DNA from: Neophaeotheca triangularis
Lineage: Eukaryota
DNA length: 36,980 nt
Assembly (NCBI GenBank): GCA_054600435.1
Contig: BAAIJX010000018.1
Location: forward strand, 372,001-408,980
Direction of reading: 5' to 3'
The number at the start of each line of letters is the position of its first letter. Positions within the stretch are counted from its first letter, which is position 1. Position numbers and translations under genes: made by a program. The notes under the pieces are model-generated. The model was not told where the DNA came from and did not search any database. It saw nothing but the letters and a program-made list of their open reading frames with translations. This document shows positions 12,120 to 23,585 of this stretch, one piece after another.

Positions 12120-13395
12120 CTACGAAGCCAAAGCAACACCTCCATCAGCTGTAGCAGTAAGCTCTGGCGGCGGAGTGAAGAGGCAATAAATCGGCGCCAC
12201 CATAGCCTCGCCATCGAAAAGCGCAAAATTCTGCACCGGCTGCTCCCTCTTGCCCAACACATTAATGACATCCTCGGCCAACCTGCCACCGACAAAAGCC
12301 GCCGTGGGAACAATCTCGGCATCGATCATTTGGATGAAAGAGCGCAAGAAATCGCCCTGCACCGAGCCGTCTGGGAGGGACAGCTGACGCGCGTGCTCGA
12401 GTACCATGCTGCTGAAAGCTGCTAGGTCTTGAGCGTTGTGGGATGGGATGCGGAGGAAGGTTCGCTGGAACTCGAAGAGGGCGCGGAGGCAGGGGAGGAG
12501 GGCGGGGACTTGTTTGATTTTGCGGGCGTTGTGGCGGATCGAGGGTTCGAGGGGCGACGAGTTGGCCAGGAGTAAGGGGCAGTAGTTTTCGCGCTTGGTG
12601 ACGATTTCGGTCGTTTTGCCGTCAGATTCTTTTTTCGTGGTGACGGAGATGATGGAGCGGGTTGGGGTTTCGGGTTTAGGGGCTGTGGGGATGTTGGAGC
12701 GGTCGCGTTGGATGATGTAGTCGTGGGTCACGAGGTCGGCGAAGATGAAGCCGTAGAAGCCGTGGACGCTCGCGGCGTAGAAAGGGCGGCCCGCGAAGCG
12801 CGCGGCGGTGTTGATGGTGCTGAGGGTGGTGAAGTCGTGGTCGCAGCAGATGACTACGTCGTATTGGGTGTAGTAGGATGGATCGGTGAGGGCGAGGAGG
12901 TTGGGGAGGCTGCCGCCGGGCTGAATGCTAACGCGTGGGTTAAGCTCGGAGAGGCGTGGGATGGCAGCTTGGGCACGCTGGGTTGGGGAGTTAACACGGG
13001 AGGGTCAAGCGTGGTGATGGTAGTGAACTTACAGGAATGCCGAGGTCTTCTTCCCGCACAAAGTATTGGCACTCGAGGTCTTCGTCTTGCACTGGCTCTT
13101 CGTCGATGATGGTGAGTGAGCTAATACCGGCCAGGACTAGGTTCTTGGCGATCTCTGTGCCCAAGGCGCGCAGGGAGATTAGGAGGATGTTGGCCGAACG
13201 GATGCGCTCTTGGGCTTGAGCTCCCCACAGGCGAATTTGACGGTCATAGAGAGCAATCTCGTCAGCGCTGAGGCCTTGGGCAGTAGTGGTTGTGCCGTCT
13301 TCGGTCGTTCCAGTAGTGACGGAGGTGGTTCCGTTGCCGTTTGCCACTGGGGCTGTAGTGGTAGGGGGGTTGGTGGAGTCCATGCCGGTGGCCAT
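12120..13395 (-). CDS. AOS1: SUMO-activating enzyme E1 subunit Aos1/Rad31 (ThiF family); exons 13395-13033 and 12977-12120
   Basis: LSADEIALYDRQIRLWG and EIAKNLVLAGI. A 55-nt intron (13032-12978) gives RAQAAIPRLSELNPRV, then HGFYGFIFADL and VGGRLAEDVINVLG. Confidence 0.9.
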
Positions 13396-14207
13396 GATCG
13401 GTACAGGGTCGAATGAGACTGACTTGAGTATAGAGGATACTTCAAGTCGGGTTCGAGGAGGTGTGAGTTATGCTGCCTCGCGTGAAACTCGGTGGTGCAG
13501 TCCAGTCGCGTCAGAATTGCCAGCCGAATCTAAGCCGGGGTCAGTATGGCTGTCATTGCAACGCGAGTGACGCTTACCTACTTTATCACTAAATACTTGG
13601 CCAATGGCGCAATGCCTGTTGTGAAGACAACGTGTGTTTAGATACAGCAAAAGTGACAGTCACTTTTGGTTGGTATCTGGTGAAGCTGAGGGAAGTCGCG
13701 GCTGGTCAGCCAGTCAGAAGTGAAGTTTCCGAGAAGTTGTTGTTGTTCCCGTTCTGCCGATCGGAACAGTTGCGCCGCTAGTACTAAGGTAGCGCGGTAG
13801 TGCCTAAAAGGTAAGGTGGTAGGTCGAGTTAAGGTAGCGGAGTCTCGGCACGGTCCGCCACCGGAGCCGAGCTTGGCAGGCGTCAGTAGTCAGCGGGACT
13901 TGAACTGCGTGCGGCACCCACCTCACCCACCTGCACCTGGTGAACCTCGATCCTATCCAGGTGCTACCTCGATCCTACCACCTACTACCTACCCAGTATT
14001 CTAACTTGCTACTACCCCCTACCTATGACTGACAACCTACTACTAAACTCAAACCTGATCTTCTACCACTTGCTAACACTTACTGCTTACGTGCCTAACC
14101 TGACGAGCTATCCCGACAAAAGCACGGTGGTGTGTCGAGAGTCCAGACTGCATTTCACCCCTACAACACCTCATCACGTGCTGCTTTTTGAGACCAATGC
14201 TCTGAGC

Positions 14208-16274
14208 ATGCCACCACCGCCGCCTTTCAGAAGAAACGTGACCACTTCCACTAACTCGGCCTACGATGATGCCCTCCGTGAATTGAACGCCGATGACACA
14301 CGAGCCAATAATTCGTCGACCCGCCGTCCTACACCTCGATCTGGTAGAAGTGCGTTCCACAACCCCCCTCCTCATACCGACCGTCATACCGCCCGCCTTC
14401 GCCGAGCACGACTCCGTCTAGCTCTTCAAGGTACCCAAGACTTGGCCAACGAAAGTATCAACGACTTACGAGAGCCGAACATGTCACGTCCACGCTTCAC
14501 CACTGCCGCCACTCGGCGCCGGCAACGCTCTTCCAGCAACGAAGGCGACGAGCCCACGGAATCTGCCGTAGCTCGACCAGACGCACATCGTAGACCGAAG
14601 CGTCGCAGACTCGATCATGACGTCCTTCCCGTTCCCAAATCTCCCATCAAATACGGACATTACGGGCAGGTCGAGCCTGGAAAGCTGCAGCTTCAGTTGA
14701 TCAGCTGCGATGGAGGCGAGCATAGGGATTCAAGAGCTCCGGCAATGTCCCTTGGACCAGACAATATCCTCTGTACAGACAAAAGTGTCTACTGCTCGGA
14801 AAGAGAGAGCGCGACAATCATCTTAAGGCATGCGGATGATACTCCTTTTACACTCGAGAAGCTGCACATTGTAGGTCCAGAGCACGGCTTCACGGCACCG
14901 GTGCGCGAAGGTCTGGTCCACGTCGCGATGTCTTTTGAGGATCTCCAGCCGCACATCGACCCTCCAATCTGGGCTCGCCGGTCGGGTGTCAACAACCCAC
15001 CGTATCGTCCCGAGCGAACTCGACAAACCCCACAGGACACGGCCGAACACTCAGGTTCTCTCGAGCGTCGACGCCAGATCCGTGAAACAATGGCAGAACA
15101 AGAAGCCATGATTGATGACGACCTTACAGAATCAGAAGGCCTCACGTTGTCAGACGCGTTGCGTGATCCAGTGGTTAGTGCAGCTCTCAACCACAGTTCT
15201 CGACGTAGCTCGCCAGACGTACAAGAGACGGCCATCGACCTACACCGTGCAGCCGAGTTCGCTGAAGGCAGGCCCGAAAGAAGGCGTAGGGTAGAGCGGG
15301 ACTACTACGGAGATGACTTCGGCTTCGGCAGACGCTCGCCATCTCAGCATTGCGATATAATACCCAACCACTCAGCAACCTCATCCTCCAGCTTCGGCCC
15401 TTTCACGCGCGACCAGCCAACACAGAACCACCTCAATCATCCATCAATTACAATAACCTCCTCAGGCCGCTCCATCATCTTCAACCCACGCGACCGTACC
15501 ACCCGTCCAGAGCCCTACACAGCCTACTCTCGTGACAGCGATTCAGAGGATGAAGACACAAGCGTAGAGGAGAACAGCTCGCAAGAAGTCCTTGACTACC
15601 GCCTCCAACGGCTCCGCCAAATGCGCCGCCACTACAACACCGATGTTTACAACGACCCCACCTCCCGCTGGTCCCTCGGCGGCCTCACTTTCGATGCCCA
15701 AGGCAATCCAGTACGCCCCGGCGACGACGAAGGCCCAGTATGGACACAAACACAGCAAGGGCCCTGGCGCCGCCAAACCTACGGCCACGGCCGCCCAACC
15801 CAAGCCCGCATGGACCGCCTCGATAACCTCATGGCCCGCAGCCGCATCCGCAGCGAAGAAACCGCCAACGATTACGACTCTCCCCCTGCCGAACCTCGTT
15901 CTCCTCCCGAACCTGAACCAATCCCTAACCGCTACTGGGAGGAAGACTTCGGCAACGCCCCCGCCTCGCGCGCCGCGCACGTCGGTCTCCATCCGTTCCA
16001 CCCCGATAACAGCAACACTACCCACAACAACCAGAGCAAAACCGATCCTTCCCCTACCCACGGTCGCGAGAACACGGGTGATGACAAAGTCACTTGCACC
16101 CGCTTTCGTATCGAGAGGGGTAAACACCGCGTCGCTATTGGCTTTGAACCGGCGATCAGCGGGAGGTTCATTATGCTTAAGCTCTGGGCTGGCAAGGGGA
16201 ATGTGGATGTTCAGGGGGTTGTTGCTAGGGGCTTTGGTGGGCCGAGGTTTTTTGAGAGTAAGGGTTTTGTTTGA
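14208..16274 (+). CDS. Fungal hypothetical protein, about 688 aa from ATG 14208 (ORF open from 14025). Two beta-rich segments flank a long disordered insert; NLS-like RRPKRRR
   Basis: Long ORF. Ordered blocks YGHYGQVEPGKLQLQLISCDGG...EGLVHVAM and TRFRIERGKHRVAIGFEPAISGRFIMLKLW...RGFGGPRFF. Start codon choice is inferred. Confidence 0.8.
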   Translation: MPPPPPFRRNVTTSTNSAYDDALRELNADDTRANNSSTRRPTPRSGRSAFHNPPPHTDRHTARLRRARLRLALQGTQDLANESINDLREPNMSRPRFTTAATRRRQRSSSNEGDEPTESAVARPDAHRRPKRRRLDHDVLPVPKSPIKYGHYGQVEPGKLQLQLISCDGGEHRDSRAPAMSLGPDNILCTDKSVYCSERESATIILRHADDTPFTLEKLHIVGPEHGFTAPVREGLVHVAMSFEDLQPHIDPPIWARRSGVNNPPYRPERTRQTPQDTAEHSGSLERRRQIRETMAEQEAMIDDDLTESEGLTLSDALRDPVVSAALNHSSRRSSPDVQETAIDLHRAAEFAEGRPERRRRVERDYYGDDFGFGRRSPSQHCDIIPNHSATSSSSFGPFTRDQPTQNHLNHPSITITSSGRSIIFNPRDRTTRPEPYTAYSRDSDSEDEDTSVEENSSQEVLDYRLQRLRQMRRHYNTDVYNDPTSRWSLGGLTFDAQGNPVRPGDDEGPVWTQTQQGPWRRQTYGHGRPTQARMDRLDNLMARSRIRSEETANDYDSPPAEPRSPPEPEPIPNRYWEEDFGNAPASRAAHVGLHPFHPDNSNTTHNNQSKTDPSPTHGRENTGDDKVTCTRFRIERGKHRVAIGFEPAISGRFIMLKLWAGKGNVDVQGVVARGFGGPRFFESKGFV

Positions 16275-16837
16275 GGGGGTCAAGTTTGTGGTAGAGAGGG
16301 AGCTGGGGGTCTAGGGTCTATAGATTCGGCCGGGACGTTGGAGATGTGGGTTGTGGGTTAGGGTTGCGATGAAACATGGGCGGGACGTGAGCGATTGTAG
16401 TCGCTGGCTTGTTGCTGGCGATACGATGGAATGAAATCACCAAACTCGATGATACCCACCTAATTACCCACAGTCACATGCTCCACTCTTCTCGTAACAT
16501 GCTTGGCTCAAAACAATGTACCTTTACCTGGAATTTTCACTCATGGTTCAAAAGATTCTGTTCTGACATGCCTCGCCCAGTTGATGCCCGGTCGCTATTA
16601 CCGTATGTTTCTAAGTTGGTTTCAACCGCTTCGAAACAGTCTTGGAGAGCAGATGGATCGGTAGGGCTTAGATCTGTCACGTGTACGAAGTAGCATACTA
16701 GCCAGTGCGAGCAACTATAGCCCAGCGAGAGCTCGGTGCTGCTGGACTCTCTTTATTTAGATCAGGTACTTCCCGAAACTCTTCCCACACAAGGTATTGA
16801 TAGTCCCCTACCTACCGATGGCCATCGCACTCACTCA

Positions 16838-18012
16838 TCACTCCATTCCTCCTATCCATTCCGCGACCTCCTCCGCAATGATCTCGCTATCCCTAATGCA
16901 AAAGCTGTGCGGCACTCCGCACCGATCAATCTTCATAACGGGGCCAGCGACACCACCACCACGACCGACCCCAGCCCTCGCAGCAATAACCCCATCCCTA
17001 GTCCCTTCACTAACCCAATGATCCCGCTCGCCCCAATAGAAAAACAGCCTCGCCCCCTTGCCCTCCGCCACCTCTGCCACCTCCTTGGCCAAAACCCCAT
17101 CCCCAGGCCCCCACACTTCCTCCCCCCATCCATCCTCCCGCACAACTCTCATCTCGTCCGCAGCCATGTGTAGAGCTTGCCGCACGCCGGTGGGGCATTG
17201 CAGGAACGCTGTTGTGGTTGCTGCTGCGGACGGGGGGAAGGAGGTGAGCTTTGCAACTAATTGCTGCAGGAGTGGGGTGGGGAGGAGGAGGGTTAGGAGT
17301 TTGGCTAGGAGAGAGAGGAGGTATGGGAAGTGGGGAAGTGTGAGGAAGGGCTGTTTTGCACGGGGGCGGGGTGTTAGAGAAGGGTTTTTTGGAGGGCGTG
17401 GTGGGGGTTGGGGAAGAGAACGACGGGTTGGGTGGGGTTTTGGCGGGGGGGGGGTGGGAAATGGACTCTGATTTGGGTGAATAGGGAGTGCTGGGATTTT
17501 TCTTCACTTACGCTTAGTTTCCTGCCTGAAGGGGAGAGCGCTATGTCTACGATTGTGGGGAAGAGGGCTATGGTTGCTGTGATGTTGCAGGTTGAGTTTG
17601 ATTTGAGTGCCTCGCGTTTCAGCTTGTTGAGAACTTCCAGCGCGATGTAGGCGCCAATGGAGTGGCCTATCAGAATGACTTCTACTGGTTGATTTGCGTC
17701 GGCTTGGGTGGCTTGCATGGTTTTGGCGGTGGCCAAGACGGAGGTTTTGGTTTTGGCGATTACTTCTGAGAGGTTGTAAGGTGGTTTGTCGGTACCGGGG
17801 GCGGGTTGCGGCTGGAACTGGAAGCCTGGGAGGCTTTTGCCGTGGATGTGGTAGGTTGGGCCATTCTTGCGCTGGTTCAGTAACTTGTCGAGGTGATTCA
17901 GAAAGTCGATGTAGTAGGCGATGAGGCCTGGGTTCCCGGGGATGAAGTATATGAGGCGAGGAGGAATACTGGGAGACGAGAGTTTGACGTCGATGACATC
18001 TGGTAAAGACAT
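16838..18012 (-). CDS. Lipid droplet-associated alpha/beta hydrolase (LDAH/YPR147C-like); exons 18012-17512 and 17350-16838
   Basis: FIPGNPGL, nucleophile GHSIG, LFPT, WGERDHWV (Asp), VPHSFC (His). A 161-nt GTAAGT..CTAAC..CAG intron joins the frames and gives a hydrophobic segment PFLTLPHFPYLLSLLAKLL. Confidence 0.88.
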
Positions 18013-18349
18013 TATGTTTTGTTCCGTGTACGTTCTCCAATAGCGACTAAGTTATGTTGGAGGTCTAGTGGGAAGTGAAGAAGTGAAGTGCTGTCAAGCT
18101 TGGTTTTGTGGGTCAAAGCCAGCCGAATGCGGGCAAGCTTCGACCGAGATATCAATGGGACGGTTCAAAATTGAAAGCAGAGACAGAATACCGTCGGCTA
18201 ATCTGTGTGTATCTATTTCAGGGATGTAATCGGGTGTTTGAAAGGCAGCACTTCTGGCATTAATCCTCAAGCAGTCGGAGCACCTTCGTTGGAGCAATGC
18301 CACTCAAAGCAGCATCGCAAGCGAAGCGAAGCCGGATGCAGCTGAGTCT

Positions 18350-18820
18350 CTACTCTCCATCCCCATCACCCTTCTCGCCGTCAGTTGGCGACTCCACCAC
18401 AGCATCGGCGGCCTTCTTCCTTCCTTTTCCCTTCGCCTTCGCCTTCTTTTTGGGGGTCTCGCCGTCGTCCAAAGCCTCCTCCTCGTTCGCAGCCTTCTCA
18501 GGGGACTTGCGCTTGCTCGACTTCTTCTTCGGCGTAGTGGCTGAAGATGTGAACTTAGCAAGCGTGCCCTGATAGAAGCTGAAGTGAAGTGAATCCTTAC
18601 CGTCGTCACCATCCTCGGCTGGGTTGAGCTCCCTGAGTTTCTTCTTGAGGTTGCCCCAAGAGTTCGATGCCGTCTTCTGCGTGTTGAAGCCCCCGATCTT
18701 GGTGAACTTCTGGATATCGATGTCGGGTGGCCCATTCTTCAAAGACTGCGACATGGCGACGAGCATCTTCACCTCTTTCTCGTTGAACTTCACCTCGGGG
18801 ACGGCTTCGGTGTCCGACAT
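18350..18820 (-). CDS. Small probable nuclear protein: helical (Myb-like?) N-terminus plus Lys-rich tail; probable 60-nt intron 18600-18541
   Basis: ATG after a pyrimidine-rich leader; IDIQKF...TASNSWGNLKKKL followed by TPKKKSSKRK / TPKKKAKAKGKGRKK; GTAAGG...TTCAG intron signals. Confidence 0.75.
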   Translation of the reverse strand: MSDTEAVPEVKFNEKEVKMLVAMSQSLKNGPPDIDIQKFTKIGGFNTQKTASNSWGNLKKKLRELNPAEDGDDGKDSLHFSFYQGTLAKFTSSATTPKKKSSKRKSPEKAANEEEALDDGETPKKKAKAKGKGRKKAADAVVESPTDGEKGDGDGE

Positions 18821-20111
18821 TGTCTATGAATGGTATGAGTTGCAGTGCTTAGGTGTATCCGAAGAAGCACTGAAACTTACTGCTTTGTATATGGGTGGTG
18901 TTGGTGTAAGAGTATTTGTTGTTGGTGTAGAAAAGTGGCAGAGGTTAGAGGTTGAGTTAGATGTAGGTCGGTTTGGAGGAGGGGGAAATCGGGAGCAGGT
19001 GGGTGGTGAAAAAGTAAGAAGAGGAGAGGAAACGGAGAGAGAGCGAGGGACAGTTTTGTAGACAGGCAAGCGGGCACGTGTAGGCAGCAGCACAGGACAC
19101 GTAGATGCGGCACAACCCGGTGTCATAGGGTTCTGGGAAATTCCGGCGCCGGCAGGGTGAGTCTCTTGCTGACTTCACTTTGGGCATTTGGGTCCCTTGG
19201 AGAGGATAAGGTCTCGGGCAATCGCCGGCAGGGTGGGTGTCTCGTCGACTTCACCTTCGGCGTTTAGCTTTCTTTGTGACGGAGAGGTCTCCGTTGTGCC
19301 GGGTACTAATATTAATATCCTTGCCAGTGCGATGAGGCGCATATATATCGGAGCTGAAAGATACTGTATAGTTGGACACTTGATATAGTACTGCGCGAGG
19401 TTTTCTCATTGGGTTCTGTAGACTCAAGAGTGACGACCTCTTTCCTCCTGTTCCATGGCTTGACACTGGCGCAGGTGAACATCCTCGTCCAATCTCTTAC
19501 ACTGACGTGCATCCCAATGTATTATACTGCCCTGTAGCTTAGAGCACCACTAGACCGAGACAAGCTCTGCGTCGCTTTGTTTGGAGGCTATGCTTTAAGA
19601 CTGCTTTCTCTTTTCCCTCGGAGCGAAGGCACGCTTCCACGTATGAACTGCTTCTAGTTACCTTGACGCGATGCCAAGAGAGCGTGTAACATTTTTGCTA
19701 ACTCTTGCCCTCTCTGCTCAGCATTGTGACGAAAGAGCCATAGCTGTGTATCATCGTCTTTAGAGGATTTAGCAAAGCACGCATTTCCTGATGCTGGGAA
19801 GGATGACCTATCCCCAATGAACATGAAAAAGCAAAAGTACCAATGCAATGAAGGTCCGCAGCTGGTTCTTAGTCATTGCGTGGCATTGAAGTCGTTACAG
19901 AATGCAGCGGTGGGACTCCGGGCGCGCTGATCTTTCATGGGGTCTCGGCGTTCCTTTGAGAGCCATAAGACAAAGTGTGCAGCTTGGGATGCAGTAAGGA
20001 GCCTGACAAATCTTGCTGCTGGCAGTGGTAACGTTGAGAGCCTTAGGCTTAATGGCAGTAGATCCAATGATAGTGATATCCAGGCAAGCGGCGAGCCAGA
20101 CGAGCCAGTTT

Positions 20112-21272
20112 TCAGTCTCGCCAATTGATCAGTACCTCATCCGTTCTGAAGCGTTGCGTGAAAGTGCTGTCCTCAAGGGTGGTCCGGAAACCCATCCTCC
20201 ACGCCAAAAGCCCAGCATGAGCGATCATAATGCCATTGTCGATGCAAAAGCGCTCGTCAGTGGCAAAGACACTACCGCCACGCTCGCTCGCCATCAAACC
20301 CATCATTTGCTGCAAACGCTCATTACATCCAACGCCACCCACGATGAGCACTTGATTCGCTCCAACATGAGCCATGGCTCGTTCGGTGATTTCCACTAAC
20401 ATTGCAAAGACTGTTTCTTGCAGGGTGAAGCATAGATCCTCGCGGGTAACAAGCACTCCAGTCTCGGCATCTTTCCAGGCTTCTCCGCCTTCTAGCTTCG
20501 AAGCATCCAGCTTCTTCGCCATCTCCTCCACCCTGGCCAGAATCCCGGAAAAGCTGACGTCCATACCTTTGACGGCATACGGCAAGTCGAGTAACTTCTC
20601 GCCCTTCTTTGCAAGCTGCTCGATATTATAACCAGGAGCCGGATCGTTTGAGATATTGAGTGCGCGGGCAAAGCGGTCGAGGCAATTGCCCACTGCGATG
20701 TCGAGAGCTTCGCCAAATATTCGGTATCTCTGTGCACTGTATGCTATGACTTGGGTGTTGCCACCGCTTACATACAGTACGACAGGGTTCTCAGCGCCAG
20801 TGATTGCTCGGCCCATTTCAATGTGGCCAACGCAGTGATTCACACCGACAAGCGGCTTGTCCCACAGCGAGCTGAGTGTCCGAGCTGCGACGGCTACAGA
20901 ACCTAGGGGCGCTCCCATACCCGGACCCTTGGTATAGCAAATGCAATCGATCTCGTCCAAGGAGACTTTGGCTTGCTTCATTGCCTGCTTGACAAGGCGG
21001 ACGACCCATCTTCGGTGATGGGCTGCTGTGTCTTTCGGGAGGAATCCAGTGCCTGGTGGAGAGACAAAGGTGTGTCTCAGATTGGAGAGAATTTGTACAG
21101 GCGGTGAGGCAAGCTTTGACTGAGCATGACTGCGTTCATCATCTGAATGAGCGCTGTCGTGGGGAGACGGTGGCGTGGCGGCGCGCTCGCTGGAAGGCGC
21201 TGTAGATGGGTGGAGGATGACACCAACACCTAGCTTGTTGGCAGAGCCTTCGAGACCTATCGCTATCGGCAT
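20112..21272 (-). CDS. KAE1: tRNA N6-adenosine threonylcarbamoyltransferase Kae1 (KEOPS), 386 aa
   Basis: [70 protein letters not shown]. Confidence 0.97.
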   Translation of the reverse strand: MPIAIGLEGSANKLGVGVILHPSTAPSSERAATPPSPHDSAHSDDERSHAQSKLASPPVQILSNLRHTFVSPPGTGFLPKDTAAHHRRWVVRLVKQAMKQAKVSLDEIDCICYTKGPGMGAPLGSVAVAARTLSSLWDKPLVGVNHCVGHIEMGRAITGAENPVVLYVSGGNTQVIAYSAQRYRIFGEALDIAVGNCLDRFARALNISNDPAPGYNIEQLAKKGEKLLDLPYAVKGMDVSFSGILARVEEMAKKLDASKLEGGEAWKDAETGVLVTREDLCFTLQETVFAMLVEITERAMAHVGANQVLIVGGVGCNERLQQMMGLMASERGGSVFATDERFCIDNGIMIAHAGLLAWRMGFRTTLEDSTFTQRFRTDEVLINWRD

Positions 21273-21704
21273 TTCAAAGGAAAAGAGAGCAGTTTGCAGA
21301 CAAAGAACGGATAGAGCTCGTAGGTGCTTAACAATTGCACAGTCAAGCGAAGAGATGAAGTCAATCTTATCGATACCTAATCTTATTTATCCATCACAGG
21401 TCGGCGTTTGCTACCGCCGGCACTAGTACCATCGCGGGACCGGCCCCCATGTACTTATACGCCAAGCCAAGGTCGGCGTCGGTACGGGCTGCTGCTGCTG
21501 CGTGCCTGCCTCTTCTAGAAGGAAGTGCGACGTTGACCTGACTCTCTGGCTTTCAAGTTGTCTACCTACCTACACCACCAAATCTTTACCACCTCATCTC
21601 GCATATCTGCACATTACCTTCGTCAAATCAAATCACCCTACCCTTTCCAGCTTCTTCTCTCACCTGAGCAATACACGCCAACAGCCCAGGCCGCGACCGC
21701 CATC

Positions 21705-23585
21705 ATGTCGTGGTCCGGCTTCAAGAAGAATGTCGGCCGCGCGACTACGCAGGTCATGATGAAGACAGGTCATGTTGAACGTACTAATGACCGTACCTAC
21801 GAAGTCGAAGAGCGCCGCTACCGCACCCTCGAATCCGCCGCCAACCGCCTACAGAAAGAAGCAAAGGGATATCTGGATAGTCTCCGTGCCATGACGGCCT
21901 CCCAGATGCGTATTGCAGAGACCATTGACGCCTTCTATGGCGAAGCAGGCGCAAACGATGGTGTCAGCAGGAGTTACAAGCAGGCGGTCGAGGACCTTGA
22001 CGCAGAGACGATCAAGGCCCTTGATGGACCCTACAGGTCAGTGAGCCCAAACAATTTCGACACCCCTCTGCTACGCAGTCCAGACGGAGAGTTGGCGACT
22101 ATTGAGGATGAGGCGGAGATTGAGTACGATCTCAACTACGCACCTCGCGCTAGGATGAGGCGGCGCATGCAAAAGGCGGAAATCTACAAGAGGGAAGAAG
22201 GGAACAATGAGCTCATCGACGACGTTTACAGGCAAACCATCCTGGAGCCCATCAACCGCTTCTGCGCTTACTTTCCCGACATCAACGAGTGTAAGTGCAT
22301 GCTTCAATTCCGGTAGTATGGAAAACCACTGACATCTGTTTCCCAGGCATTAAGAAGCGCAATCACAAGATGCTCGACTATGACTCCATGCGTTCGAAAG
22401 TCAAGAGGCTCACAGAAAAGCCTGACAAGGATCCTGGCAAATTGCCGCGGACTGAGAAGGAAACCGAAATGGTAACCGCCAACCAATTTCTTCTTGAACC
22501 CCTTGATGAAGAGGAGGAAGTCGATCTTCGCATGCTCAGCCCCCCAAAACGCAACACCCGCGTGTCATTTGCTCCTGAACCCCTTCCATCGTTTTCTGCT
22601 TCCAAGGCCAAGCCGGCTGCGCTCGACTTGACGTCTGAGGGTACCAAAATTGTCGATAGGGACCTTAGACGCATGAGCGGCAGCCCGCGCATCCTTCAAT
22701 CCTGGGCCAGCTTTCGCTCCCATACTATGAGGCGCTCTTACTCGGCAGCTGCAACTCAACGTAGCGGCTCGCCAATATCCACAACACGCCTGTCCACCTC
22801 ATTTGCCAACGGCGACATCCTCGACTACCAGCCAGGGCCGCTTCGCAGAGTGCCTTCTACGGAAGCGTTCTTGAAGCGGTTGTCAGAGATGCCCACACCT
22901 CCAGAGCTGGCTGAGTTCAGCATGAAAGCGGGTGCGACGCGCAGATGGAGCCTCGTCCCCAGTCTTCCCTCGCACGGCAAGAAGCGCATTTCCATGGCCA
23001 GCTTCACGCCAAGTTTTTTTAGCACCAGGCCCTCCCCTGACACCCATCTGCCTAACAACAAGACTCGCAACGCATCTGGCTTGTCCAAGCGCACTCTTCT
23101 TCGCACTCCCTTTATGAATCCATCTGAGCTTGAGGATTTGATGGCGCCGTTGAGAGAGGACTATATGAAGAATCAGACTGACATGCTCGCGCAGGCCAAA
23201 GAAGCATATGAGCAGCTCAACAAGCAGCTCACTGACGAAATACCACAACTTATCGATCTCCGGTAAGTACATTACATTCTTGAAGGGGCCAGCCTACCTT
23301 GCTAACACACCGCAGTGTACCCTACCTAGACCCGTCATTCGAGGCACTCGTCAAGATCCAACTGCGTTTCTGCGCTGAAGCATACAGCCGGATGGCTCAA
23401 GTCCAACAGTACGTATAGGCCTCGCATCAATTTCATACCACTACGTCCGAGGATCAACGCTAACTTCTGGTTGTAGATACCTTGAAGCCTCGACACGCGA
23501 TCAGTACGCCAACGGTGATCTGGACGCAAGAGTGGAGGACGTTCTCGGACAGATTCGTGAGCTTAGCATTGCTGGAACGGTTTGA
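21705..23585 (+). CDS. RVS161: BAR-domain amphiphysin Rvs161/Hob3; exons 21705-22036, 22232-22290, 22347-22471, 23195-23262, 23316-23408, 23477-23585 (786 nt, 261 aa)
   Basis: MSWSGFKKNVGRATTQVMMKTG, IKKRNHKMLDYD, QLIDLRVPYLDPSFEALVKIQLRFC, IRELSIAGTV. All five introns are GT-AG, and the spliced length matches the ~265-aa family size. Confidence 0.95.

Noticed and set aside
17400..17460. G-run tract with G-quadruplex potential
   Set aside because: It is the complement of a C-rich intron in the hydrolase gene and is explained by the local compositional skew.
21100..21210. Low-complexity insert near the Kae1 N-terminus
   Set aside because: No convincing splice signals; most simply a variable surface loop.
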